The notes: generated from the sequence alone by a model not told the origin. A DNA stretch of 64,000 bases from a virus (IMGVR_UViG_3300022217_000003:96001-160000), one strand, 5' to 3'. Shown: positions 30,569 through 39,074, numbered from the stretch's first letter. A program made the numbers and translations.

Positions 30569-31432
30569 TTATACCCCCTTGATCCCATTGGATAAAATTT
30601 TAAAAAAAACATCTAGCGACTCATTTATTTTTTGTATTACAACCCCTCTATCATATGTCCAAAACCAGCTATAACTCGCATTGCCGACATCATTATTTAC
30701 CTCCGGTTTACACCCACACAACATGGCTTCTAAAACAGTTCTTCCCGCTGATTCAACCGCCCCATTAGTTGGGAGTAAATAACACCCGTGTGCTTTTGAA
30801 TAATATTGTCTTACAACATCCGGGGGCTGATGACCTATATATCTTACGTTATCACATTCTTTTATTGTCTCAATACCTATATCTCCGTTATCCGTTGTTC
30901 CCATAAATACATATTTATTCTCAGGATTTTTTTTTGCTATATCTAATATTTCAATAATCCCCTTATTTGAATGGATCAACCCCACATATATATAGAGATT
31001 CTTTTGTCTTACAAATCCGTCCTGCCTTTTGAAAAAATTATAATCTATTGGAACCACCACGTATTCATAATTATCAATTACTAAATGTTTTTGTACACTG
31101 GGTAATGCGTCTTGTATATGAGTCCTATGTCTTGGCGAAAAAAACAGAAGCTTATACGCATTGGGAATTAACCATTCTCTTATCCACTCCTTTTCAGGCA
31201 AAACCAATTCTATGCTATGTTCAATATATATATATTTCATGGGCTTTAAATGTTTTTTTAATTTATCTTCTGTACCTTTGTATATCATTCCAATAATATA
31301 AAACTCAATTGATTCATCAATGACATTAAATCCAACTTCAAACCCACGTTTTTTGGCTTGATTGTAATAACATCTCATGGTTAAGTCTGCGCCATATCCA
31401 ACCGTTGAATCATTTAAAAAGCTTATTTTCAT
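30569..31432 (-). CDS. GT4-like glycosyltransferase
   Basis: YVGLIHSNKG, ESAGRTVLEAMLCG. Confidence 0.85.
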   Translation of the reverse strand: MKISFLNDSTVGYGADLTMRCYYNQAKKRGFEVGFNVIDESIEFYIIGMIYKGTEDKLKKHLKPMKYIYIEHSIELVLPEKEWIREWLIPNAYKLLFFSPRHRTHIQDALPSVQKHLVIDNYEYVVVPIDYNFFKRQDGFVRQKNLYIYVGLIHSNKGIIEILDIAKKNPENKYVFMGTTDNGDIGIETIKECDNVRYIGHQPPDVVRQYYSKAHGCYLLPTNGAVESAGRTVLEAMLCGCKPEVNNDVGNASYSWFWTYDRGVVIQKINESLDVFFKILSNGIKGV

Positions 31433-31596
31433 ACTTTTTTCTTCCTAACCATTGCTTGAGCATAACAAATGAAAGAGTTAATAGGTGTATTATAAATACA
31501 TATCCCACCCTGTGGCTCCCAGCCTTTTTCTATATAGCCACTTATGGTCTCTAATAAAATATCCCTATCACGACTTTCTATTATTGTATATTCCAT
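31429..31596 (-). CDS. Small DUF1737-like protein, 55 aa (not in ORF track)
   Basis: MEYTIIESRD...KGWEPQGGI...YAQAMV; AAGGGG RBS; ATGA overlap with the next gene. Confidence 0.65.
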   Translation of the reverse strand: MEYTIIESRDRDILLETISGYIEKGWEPQGGICIYNTPINSFICYAQAMVRKKKV

Positions 31597-31644
31597 TTAT
31601 CTACCCCTTGTTAAAAAGCTATATTCTTATATATAAAAATATAT

Positions 31645-31719
31645 GGAGACCGCAGTTTAGTTACCCGACACGTTCTCGGAGCTTCTTACAGAACTACTAA
31701 ACTAAACCGCTGAGTCTCC
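31645..31719 (-). ncRNA. Structured RNA element (three-way junction) in the 5' leader of the glycan operon
   Basis: Minus strand: GGAGAC/GTCTCC and GCGGTTTAGTT/AACTAAACTGC outer stems enclose TTCT-GTA-AGAA and TCCGA-GAACGTG-TCGGG hairpins; two G.U wobbles only in the minus orientation. Confidence 0.55.
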
Positions 31720-31730
31720 CAATAACATTC

Positions 31731-31758
31731 ATTATAGTCCATATTATAACTTATCCAA
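31731..31758 (-). promoter_or_regulatory. Candidate sigma70-type promoter for the glycan operon
   Basis: TTGGAT-16 nt-TATAAT on the minus strand, immediately upstream of the structured element. Confidence 0.45.
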
Positions 31759-32877
31759 TTCCTGTTTTATTTTATTGGCAATAACAGAGGCAGAAAAGTT
31801 TTGGATCAAATCCTGTCTGCCCTTTCTTGCCTTCTCTTTTGCTTCCCCATAATTTTCATATACTCTTCTCATGAGCTGTCTTAAATGTGCCTCTGACGGC
31901 TCTGCCCATTTTTGGTGACGATAATTCGGGGTTATCTTTTCCATTTCTTCCCCGATTTCTTTATAATCCAATACATCTATTAAATAGGCATTATCATTAT
32001 TTGCATATTCTGTAAAGCCTGACCACCCTGTTAGTATTGTTGGGAGCTCCATTGCCATTGCATCTGATGAATTTAATCCCCAGCCTTCTCCGCGGGCAGG
32101 CGAGACATAACAATGGCAGGCTTTAAATAATTTAGGCAAATCCTGATTATCTAATATATCTCCAAAAAATATAACATCGGGTGGGTTTTTAATCTGCAGT
32201 TCATCCCTAAATTTCCTTAGCTTGGACATCAGATTCTTTTTATGTTGTTCTGATACACCACCATAATACCCCTTAAACACCAATGCCACATTCCTGTTAC
32301 CCTTAAACTCCCTTAAATACGCCCTCAGTAAAATGTCCCATCCCTTTCTATGGGTAACGTCCATAATAGTTAAAAAATAGAATTCTCTTTCAATTGTTAT
32401 TTTAATGGGATCTACCTTATCGGGGTCATACTTGTCTGTCCGGACTATGTGGGGTATAACTGCTATGCGTTCTCTGGGAATACCAGATACTGAAAATGTT
32501 GCCTTATTAAAAGATGTCGGAGTCCAAATCGCACTGCATTTATTCATTATAGGAACCCAGGCAGGAGGAAGGCCATCTGTTTCAAATACCGTATAGCCAA
32601 TATGTTTCCTTTTGGAGCTATTAGGTATTCTATATATGTCAGGAACAACATGATGCGTCATGGGAGCATATTCTGATACCTCTGTATTTTCCATTTCTTT
32701 TAATAGTTTATATTCATTGCCTGATACGGCTGAAGTTGTTATTGGACTCCAAAATGATACAGGCGCAAGCTTAACTTTTACACCCGCATTATGCAGTGCG
32801 TATATATACTCGCGACAACAGCTACTATATCCCGAAGGATCGTATGTGGGGCCATACCATATTATTTCATGTGACAT
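31744..32877 (-). CDS. GT4 glycosyltransferase
   Basis: SGY, GYTVFET, IWTPT, RKGWDILL, RGEGWGL..DAMA, WAEP. Confidence 0.88.
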   Translation of the reverse strand: MSHEIIWYGPTYDPSGYSSCCREYIYALHNAGVKVKLAPVSFWSPITTSAVSGNEYKLLKEMENTEVSEYAPMTHHVVPDIYRIPNSSKRKHIGYTVFETDGLPPAWVPIMNKCSAIWTPTSFNKATFSVSGIPRERIAVIPHIVRTDKYDPDKVDPIKITIEREFYFLTIMDVTHRKGWDILLRAYLREFKGNRNVALVFKGYYGGVSEQHKKNLMSKLRKFRDELQIKNPPDVIFFGDILDNQDLPKLFKACHCYVSPARGEGWGLNSSDAMAMELPTILTGWSGFTEYANNDNAYLIDVLDYKEIGEEMEKITPNYRHQKWAEPSEAHLRQLMRRVYENYGEAKEKARKGRQDLIQNFSASVIANKIKQELDKL

Positions 32878-32894
32878 TTAAATTTTCCCTCTTT

Positions 32895-33419
32895 CTAAAT
32901 ATGTTTCCACGATCTTCCATTCAATATGTTATATATAGTGGATTTGGGCATATTTTCGTATTTATCTTTTCTGTTTTTCCAAAAATTATAAATAGTCCCG
33001 CCCCACTCCTTAAAATCATTTTTTAATTCTAAAACTTCTTTATCTGTATATTTAGCTTTCCCATTTTTTTCACCTGCATGACGATCTTTATATTTACCAT
33101 GTTCTCTCGCATGCTCTGCATTTTCTTTAGGCGTAACCCATTCTAAATTTTCTAATCTATTATCATGCTTATCCAAATTTTTATGATTTATGTAAAATTC
33201 GTTAAAGTCTTTAATCGGATTAAAAGCAGATAAAATAGCCCTATGAACACTTACTGATTTTTTTTGATTCTTATTAACATAAAAATCAAATTTATAATAT
33301 CTTCTGCCTTTAGCATACTTCAATATTCTCTTTAATTTTTTATGCCTAACCTGCCCCAATTCATTGACCTCGTATTTAGGCGCAATAGGTATTGTTTTCC
33401 AAGCTATTTCTTGTCCCAC
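32895..33419 (-). CDS. Free-standing HNH homing endonuclease (NUMOD4-like N-terminus)
   Basis: WKTIP..YEVNELGQVR, VHRAI, INHKNLDKHDNRLENLEWVT..EN; C-terminal HTH-like. Confidence 0.88.
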   Translation of the reverse strand: MGQEIAWKTIPIAPKYEVNELGQVRHKKLKRILKYAKGRRYYKFDFYVNKNQKKSVSVHRAILSAFNPIKDFNEFYINHKNLDKHDNRLENLEWVTPKENAEHAREHGKYKDRHAGEKNGKAKYTDKEVLELKNDFKEWGGTIYNFWKNRKDKYENMPKSTIYNILNGRSWKHI

Positions 33420-33757
33420 TATCTTTTATCTCCATTTTCTCCATGCTTCTCGCCCATTTTTCTATCCACGTAAAACTTATTTATCTTTCCTGTAGTGTCA
33501 TCTATCTCAGCAACAATACAACCCCATCCATTTTCATCAATGCCTACTATCCCATTAAGGATTCCAAGCAATCCGACTTTAAATGGACCCTTCCCAACTT
33601 CCTTACTTGTCACCTGTATCGTAGGGTGCTTTGTTAATTTCTTATTACAGGAAAATCTTTTTAGTATTATTTTATTAGTAATCTTTGGCGACATCTCTAA
33701 TAATTCATTTAATAATTTAACTATATCTTCCGGTGTTATTGATTCTTTATATGGCAT
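33419..33757 (-). CDS. Hypothetical phage protein
   Basis: 112 aa; HPTIQV, VGLLGILNG; AAGGAG RBS. Confidence 0.7.
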   Translation of the reverse strand: MPYKESITPEDIVKLLNELLEMSPKITNKIILKRFSCNKKLTKHPTIQVTSKEVGKGPFKVGLLGILNGIVGIDENGWGCIVAEIDDTTGKINKFYVDRKMGEKHGENGDKR

Positions 33758-33764
33758 ATTAATT

Positions 33765-33938
33765 TTACTCCTTATCCAAATAAAATCTATTTATTCTACG
33801 TGTATCTTCATTCGCATCTATTTTAATTAGATCTTTATTATTCTTATCCTGATTGATTAAACCATTAAAAGGGGACATGCCTAATAGCGCATTTAAATAA
33901 TCTACTATTTCTTCTGGTGTTATATTTTGGTTATACAT
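33765..33938 (-). CDS. 57-aa internally deleted paralog of 33419-33757 (not in ORF track)
   Basis: MYNQNITPEEIVDYLNALLGMSPFNGLI...DTRRINRFYLDKE versus ITPEDIVKLLNELLEMSP...LNGIV...DTTGKINKFYVDRK. Confidence 0.6.
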   Translation of the reverse strand: MYNQNITPEEIVDYLNALLGMSPFNGLINQDKNNKDLIKIDANEDTRRINRFYLDKE

Positions 33939-33942
33939 GTTA

Positions 33943-34674
33943 CTATATCCTATTCTTATTTTTTTTAATATTTTTTATAATTTCTTTTTCTATTTCTCTT
34001 GTCATTTTTTTATCTGGACCTATAATCCACCTTTGGGCTCTCCACTTTTTTATCATCCTGGTCACAACGTCCCCTAGTTTATATTCCCACCAAGCGACTG
34101 CCGCTAAGAAATTTGGGAATTGAAATGCTGTATTAACTGGAAAATCTGATGCAATAGCTTTAAATGCCCGTGGCCCACCCCAGTCAAATAGTTTATATGA
34201 CTTTGATATTAGGTTAATATATTTTAGGTCAATTTTATTTTTACTAAAATATGGATATACTTCATCACAGCAATTATATAGATAAGCGTATTTAATTTTA
34301 TCAGCGTTTTCCAAAGGAGCATCATTATATTCTAATCCAAATATATCGGTTGAGCTAAGCCACAATATTCCTTCCAAAAACTTAATTCTTTTTATAGGAT
34401 TATATTTATAAATGTTAAGGTCTATTCTTAAAACTTGCCCCCAATCAACATCTCTCTCTTCTAATACATTAGGTGATCTGTCCTCAATCACAGAAACAAT
34501 GGATTCCATGCCATTATACACACCCCTCTCATAACAAATACAGTCTAGATCTTTTATTTTTTTTTGTTTATGTATAAGGTTGTTAATTTTATCTATTTTA
34601 TATTTTGGTATACTCTGCGTTTTTACTTTTTCCATTTTTTTATATTGAACTCCCTTCAAGTTGTGGATTTGCAA
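33943..34674 (-). CDS. Hypothetical protein
   Basis: Long ORF in a co-oriented gene string; start uncertain. Confidence 0.6.
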   Translation of the reverse strand: MQIHNLKGVQYKKMEKVKTQSIPKYKIDKINNLIHKQKKIKDLDCICYERGVYNGMESIVSVIEDRSPNVLEERDVDWGQVLRIDLNIYKYNPIKRIKFLEGILWLSSTDIFGLEYNDAPLENADKIKYAYLYNCCDEVYPYFSKNKIDLKYINLISKSYKLFDWGGPRAFKAIASDFPVNTAFQFPNFLAAVAWWEYKLGDVVTRMIKKWRAQRWIIGPDKKMTREIEKEIIKNIKKNKNRI

Positions 34675-35065
34675 TTTGTTTTATGATATTTTCTTTTCCT
34701 TCTCTTTCTTCTTTTTCAAAATCCTCTATTGCATTTTTCCTAAATTCTTTCAATTCATCTATAAACTTAAAAAACGCATCCATCTTTTTAGATCGAAACG
34801 CTATTTCCTTAGTCCACTCTCTTCCGCCTTTAAATATATACTGCAGTCCTTTTTTTAATCTATACAAGAAGGGTGCTGGCTGGGCTATCATGGCAATCCA
34901 CAACTCTTCTGGTTCTTTATTTTTAATATAATACTTGCCACTTGGTTCAAGTTGCCTTGAATTATAAGGAGGTATATAATTAAATAGCAATGTATCGTAA
35001 TCATACTCGCATTTAAATATGCCTTCAAATTCCCCATGCTCATTTTCCATTCTTTTTATCCCCAA
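34640..35065 (-). CDS. Hypothetical protein
   Basis: 141-aa ORF in a co-oriented string; start uncertain. Confidence 0.55.
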   Translation of the reverse strand: MGIKRMENEHGEFEGIFKCEYDYDTLLFNYIPPYNSRQLEPSGKYYIKNKEPEELWIAMIAQPAPFLYRLKKGLQYIFKGGREWTKEIAFRSKKMDAFFKFIDELKEFRKNAIEDFEKEEREGKENIIKQIANPQLEGSSI

Positions 35066-35213
35066 ATCTATTTTGTATTCTTTTCAATACATCCAATATC
35101 TTTAAAGTATCTTTCATTGATACCCATTTATTCTCATTAGCCCTTGCTTTCTTTTCAAATTCTTCCGCTTCTTTATCTAGTAATATGGGTGTTGGTTTTA
35201 TTGGTATTGCCAT
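35040..35213 (-). CDS. Small hypothetical protein, 57 aa (not in ORF track)
   Basis: MAIPIKPTPILLDKEAEEFEKKARAN...; AAGGGG RBS; fills a gap. Confidence 0.5.
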   Translation of the reverse strand: MAIPIKPTPILLDKEAEEFEKKARANENKWVSMKDTLKILDVLKRIQNRFGDKKNGK

Positions 35214-35232
35214 TTATTTGTTCCCCTTGCAT

Positions 35233-35424
35233 TTATCTAATCTTATCCAATAACTTGGTATTTTTTACAATATTTGCAAACTCACCATTGCTATGCTTTT
35301 TTAATCTACGCTTCAATTGCCTGGGCGATAGCTTAGATAGATTATCATAAACATGGCTAAATGCATCCAATACCTTCTTACTATTCTTCAATATAAATCC
35401 TCCAAAACAATCTTCTGAATTCAT
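35233..35424 (-). CDS. Small hypothetical protein
   Basis: 63-aa ORF in string. Confidence 0.4.
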   Translation of the reverse strand: MNSEDCFGGFILKNSKKVLDAFSHVYDNLSKLSPRQLKRRLKKHSNGEFANIVKNTKLLDKIR

Positions 35425-35614
35425 ATTCTTTATCGTTATACTTTAAAGCCACGTATTGACTCTTGCTTATTAAGCCGAAATCGTCATATAGTTTAATATA
35501 TGCGAATTTACCTAATATGTATATTTGTTCTATCATGCTTTCTTGCTTTTTATTTTTTATGTACCTTTTTGAATTCTTCATCAAATTTCTTTGCTTCCCT
35601 TCTCCACTTATCAA
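35381..35614 (-). CDS. Small hypothetical protein
   Basis: ORF in string; true start probably downstream of the track start. Confidence 0.35.
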   Translation of the reverse strand: MISGEGKQRNLMKNSKRYIKNKKQESMIEQIYILGKFAYIKLYDDFGLISKSQYVALKYNDKEYEFRRLFWRIYIEE

Positions 35615-35918
35615 CAGTTTTCTGCATTTTCTTTTCTAAAAATGTATCCTCAACCTTAATAGGTAGGTCAGGGTTAGCGTATAGGGCATCTTCTATACTT
35701 AATGTCCTAATAGTAACCTTCTGTCCCTTTGATGTATATTTTGCGCCTACAACATTATAATATTTCTTTTTCCAATCCCTTTTTAATTGCTGCAAGCATC
35801 CATCCCAATAAGAAGCTTCTTGATATACAGTAAATATATCTACATTGTCTACGCATACAGGAAGATTCCCACTTGGGTCTGCTTCTTTTAATAATTCTAT
35901 TAGTTTCTTTGTTTTCAT
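35550..35918 (-). CDS. Hypothetical phage protein
   Basis: MKTKKLIELLKEADPSG..., YWDG; tightly packed. Confidence 0.7.
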   Translation of the reverse strand: MKTKKLIELLKEADPSGNLPVCVDNVDIFTVYQEASYWDGCLQQLKRDWKKKYYNVVGAKYTSKGQKVTIRTLSIEDALYANPDLPIKVEDTFLEKKMQKTVDKWRREAKKFDEEFKKVHKK

Positions 35919-35919
35919 A

Positions 35920-36177
35920 TTATTTCCACGGAGTAAGTTTTATAGTTGTTTTCCGACCCTTCAATACATCAACTGATTTATAAGGTATTGCCACTTCGCC
36001 ATTACACATTTTATATAAATTATCATTATTGCCCCTTACTTTTAAAACAATGCTATCACATTCTACGTCTATCCACATTGTATCTATTGATATATTTTCA
36101 AACCCCTCAAACTTAACTTTGTTTGCAATTATATCATTAAAGCAATCTATAGGTATTCTTATTAATGCTTGTCTCAT
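35920..36177 (-). CDS. Hypothetical protein
   Basis: 85 aa, abuts its neighbours. Confidence 0.6.
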   Translation of the reverse strand: MRQALIRIPIDCFNDIIANKVKFEGFENISIDTMWIDVECDSIVLKVRGNNDNLYKMCNGEVAIPYKSVDVLKGRKTTIKLTPWK

Positions 36178-36501
36178 TTATGCAACCCTTTCATTTGTTC
36201 TTTTATCTATAAGAATATAATGGTTGCCTTTTAATATTTTTGTTTTATATTGCCATTTGCCGTCTTTTATATATACAATAAGACGACTGTCTATAACCTC
36301 TATCTCTGTCTTTTCACCCGAATTCAATGATAGTGTTTTACTAAAACTTGTAACAAGCGGAACTACTTTATCAGTTCTTGTATCTATCACATTATAGCTA
36401 ATTGCATCTTTATCATCAGCTTTTATTTCAAAGTTATTATAAGGAATCATCCCTATTAACGAAAATCCAAATAATGATTGTATAAAGTTTTTTCTTTTCA
36501 T
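36178..36501 (-). CDS. Hypothetical protein
   Basis: 107 aa, AAGGAG RBS. Confidence 0.6.
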   Translation of the reverse strand: MKRKNFIQSLFGFSLIGMIPYNNFEIKADDKDAISYNVIDTRTDKVVPLVTSFSKTLSLNSGEKTEIEVIDSRLIVYIKDGKWQYKTKILKGNHYILIDKRTNERVA

Positions 36502-36510
36502 AAATACTCC

Positions 36511-36732
36511 TTACATAATCTCATTAATACTCTCTAAAGCAAGTTTTGCAGCCCCGCCCTTTTTTAAGATCGACCTAAACCCAGACTTATCATCACGCCA
36601 AACATGGTCAGAGCAATACTCATCTTCATACACCTTGCCATTAGCTTCTATCTTATAATCAAAACTATAATAATCATCGTCAATCTGAATATTATTGATA
36701 GTAACCTTAATTAATGTTTCTATTGGTTTCAT
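36511..36732 (-). CDS. Hypothetical protein
   Basis: 73 aa, GGAGG RBS. Confidence 0.65.
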   Translation of the reverse strand: MKPIETLIKVTINNIQIDDDYYSFDYKIEANGKVYEDEYCSDHVWRDDKSGFRSILKKGGAAKLALESINEIM

Positions 36733-36754
36733 TAATATCCTCCCTATATATAAA

Positions 36755-37158
36755 ACAGGCAGATAGTGTTTTATACTATAACCTTTCTATTGTTTTTCCT
36801 TCGTCGTTTAATAAATAACCCCTACCATTGAAATAGGTGGCTCTATGATTACCCTTAGGGTCTTCGTAATATGCTATTTTAAAATTAGGAAAATACGCCA
36901 AACTATTCCCTTTAGAATCAACCCCGTCTATTTGATGAACATCTATTAAACTATCATCAACCACAGAATCATCAACTAAATCAACTAATCCTTCTTTTTC
37001 TAATTTCCTATGAGAAATCCTTATGTGACTCTTTGCCTCATAATATATATAATCTATAGCAACTGGATCATATATAGATCTTACTTGAATCTTCAATATC
37101 ATACTATCTTTCTACCTCTCTTTCTTAAATTAGTTATTCTAAATATCTATCTGCCTGT
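36755..37158. repeat. Perfect 12-bp inverted repeat bracketing gene 36776-37102
   Basis: ACAGGCAGATAG at 36755-36766 and CTATCTGCCTGT at 37147-37158. Confidence 0.75.
36776..37102 (-). CDS. Hypothetical phage protein ending in YLLNDEGKTIERL
   Basis: 108 aa, GAGG RBS; C-terminal motif recurrent in small phage proteins (from recall). Confidence 0.75.
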   Translation of the reverse strand: MILKIQVRSIYDPVAIDYIYYEAKSHIRISHRKLEKEGLVDLVDDSVVDDSLIDVHQIDGVDSKGNSLAYFPNFKIAYYEDPKGNHRATYFNGRGYLLNDEGKTIERL

Positions 37159-37170
37159 CTGTCTATTCTT

Positions 37171-37521
37171 TTAATCAATATCAAAATTCCTATCACCACA
37201 GTTGGGGCAAACGGCAGTGGCTTTATCTTTTTTCCAATCTTCGTATGTCCACCACTTCTGGTGTTTAAATTTTCTTATCATTCTTTTAAATTCATAATAT
37301 ATTAAAAACCATGAATGGGGATCGGTTCTTTTCCATCCATAGTCCTCTTTTACAGAATCCTGAAATTTTATTCTCCTTGGCTTTATATTTCTTTCAATAT
37401 AATCTATGAATACACTAAAGGGATTATAGCTCCACCTAATGCCTTTTTTTGTTTTATAAAAGCTAAAATCCCAGAAGTCATCTTGACTCCAATTACAACT
37501 ATGGCAATGTAAATAAGCCAT
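37171..37521 (-). CDS. Hypothetical protein with split Zn-finger
   Basis: N-terminal CHSC and C-terminal CPNC. Confidence 0.7.
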   Translation of the reverse strand: MAYLHCHSCNWSQDDFWDFSFYKTKKGIRWSYNPFSVFIDYIERNIKPRRIKFQDSVKEDYGWKRTDPHSWFLIYYEFKRMIRKFKHQKWWTYEDWKKDKATAVCPNCGDRNFDID

Positions 37522-37583
37522 TATTTAATACCCCATTCTTTTTTGTAATCTTTGTCGATTGATTTAGATTTCATTATGTTCCT

Positions 37584-37835
37584 CTATGTTTTAACTCCTG
37601 GGCTACCTTCTGGTATACAAATATCTAACGATATTTCATCCCTTGTCCTATTGTAATAATTTAATACCTTTTGCAATGCATCTATAATATCTCCAAAATT
37701 TATCTTGTCTACACATCCCCTGGGTTGCAATATTTTTATTTGCAACCCCTTTTTATCTATACCAAAATGGAATGTATCTATTTGCTTATATTCTTGCTTA
37801 GTATTCTTTTCTTTTTTAACCACATCCGCCCCCAA
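37584..37835 (-). CDS. Hypothetical protein
   Basis: 83-aa ORF in string. Confidence 0.5.
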   Translation of the reverse strand: MGADVVKKEKNTKQEYKQIDTFHFGIDKKGLQIKILQPRGCVDKINFGDIIDALQKVLNYYNRTRDEISLDICIPEGSPGVKT

Positions 37836-38193
37836 ACTTCATAAAATCATCCGCTGACATTTTTACTTCTTCTTCCCAATCATCATCATTGGCTTTCTTA
37901 ATATCTACCGTAAGTATTCCTTGCTTATAAAACAAACTACTAATATAATATTCTCCCATATGATTAGCCTTTTTATTATTTTCTAAATCAAATAAATACT
38001 TAGCCGTGCTTGACGCTCTATTAACAATCTCTTGTATATCTGCATTTATACCATTTTTAATATGTTCATCAAGTTTCCCTTTTTGTTTTTTTATAGCGTC
38101 ACCCAAAGACATTCCATTTTTCATATCAGCTATTATTGTCTGCTCCGCTGCAACTTCTATCTTTTCACAAATCTCATTTCGTAACCAATTCAT
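37816..38193 (-). CDS. Hypothetical protein
   Basis: 125 aa, AGGAG RBS. Confidence 0.65.
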   Translation of the reverse strand: MNWLRNEICEKIEVAAEQTIIADMKNGMSLGDAIKKQKGKLDEHIKNGINADIQEIVNRASSTAKYLFDLENNKKANHMGEYYISSLFYKQGILTVDIKKANDDDWEEEVKMSADDFMKFGGGCG

Positions 38194-38647
38194 CTGCTAT
38201 CTCCTGCAATTCTTCTAATGTTGCACCTTCTGGTGCTTTAAAAGATACATTTATATATTTCATAGGGTGCGCCAATTGCATTTCAAAATCGACAACAACG
38301 GTTCTTTGAGGATCATCATTATACCAATATTTCAGATATTGCTTTTCATATGGGTATCTATCGTCTTCATCTGCTGTATAATACCCATCAAGATATACAT
38401 CTATTTCTTTTCTTCCGAAGTTTAGTTTGTTTTTGAAGAACCATATTATCTTTTGAAAGAAACTGAATTTATTCCACATCAAATCCGCTTCTGGCATTTT
38501 ATGATTATCAATAAGACTCTTATGCTCAAATTTAGATAATACATCATTAGCCTGCTTTGCTATTTGTTCCAAGCAATCTTCTGACAGTCTATCCCCTGTA
38601 TACTTTTGTAAGGAATTATTTAGTTGCTGTTTTATTTTCTTTATCAT
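38174..38647 (-). CDS. Hypothetical protein (C-terminus weakly like a tail-sheath C-terminal strand pair)
   Basis: DPQRTVVVDFEMQLAHPMKYINVSF; start trimmed to ATG 38647. Confidence 0.55.
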   Translation of the reverse strand: MIKKIKQQLNNSLQKYTGDRLSEDCLEQIAKQANDVLSKFEHKSLIDNHKMPEADLMWNKFSFFQKIIWFFKNKLNFGRKEIDVYLDGYYTADEDDRYPYEKQYLKYWYNDDPQRTVVVDFEMQLAHPMKYINVSFKAPEGATLEELQEIADELVTK

Positions 38648-38653
38648 AACGCA

Positions 38654-38682
38654 AATATAATAAAAAATAGAGTTCAATTCAA
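38654..38682 (-). promoter_or_regulatory. Candidate sigma70-type promoter for the small-gene cluster
   Basis: TTGAAT-17 nt-TATATT on the minus strand in an intergenic gap; weak evidence in AT-rich DNA. Confidence 0.3.
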
Positions 38683-38855
38683 TATGAAAAAGTCACATTG
38701 TTATATTAATATACAGGTATCTAAATTATTTATTATATCAAGTATAGTATGTTCTCTACTGTAATCTGTATTGGAATATATACATACACCATACTTATGG
38801 TTAAATATGGGTATGATTATGGGGAATAGTTCGTATAGGAATTTCTTTAGTTTAT

Positions 38856-39062
38856 TCATTGGTTTAACCCTTCCATCCTTTTCCCGCACCATGGGCATCT
38901 TGCATAAGGTATGTGAGATGTAGATCCTCCCTGACCATAAGAGGGGGAATTAAATTCTCCTTTACAGCCAGGACACTTGTAACTATATTGCGTTTTGTTC
39001 TCATCGTAGATTTCTATTTTACCTAATTCTAAATTATTGGAAGAGGTTTGATTGTCATCCAT
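38856..39062 (-). CDS. Small zinc-ribbon protein
   Basis: CPGC...CPWC; AAGGAG RBS. Confidence 0.7.
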   Translation of the reverse strand: MDDNQTSSNNLELGKIEIYDENKTQYSYKCPGCKGEFNSPSYGQGGSTSHIPYARCPWCGKRMEGLNQ

Positions 39063-39074
39063 TAGTTTTTCTCC

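Noticed and set aside
1-32877. Ordinary chromosomal O-antigen/capsule locus flanking a prophage
   Set aside because: No integrase, att-like junction or strand change; no flippase or polymerase seen; phage-like small genes and an intein are interspersed. Not fully excluded because the cluster is truncated
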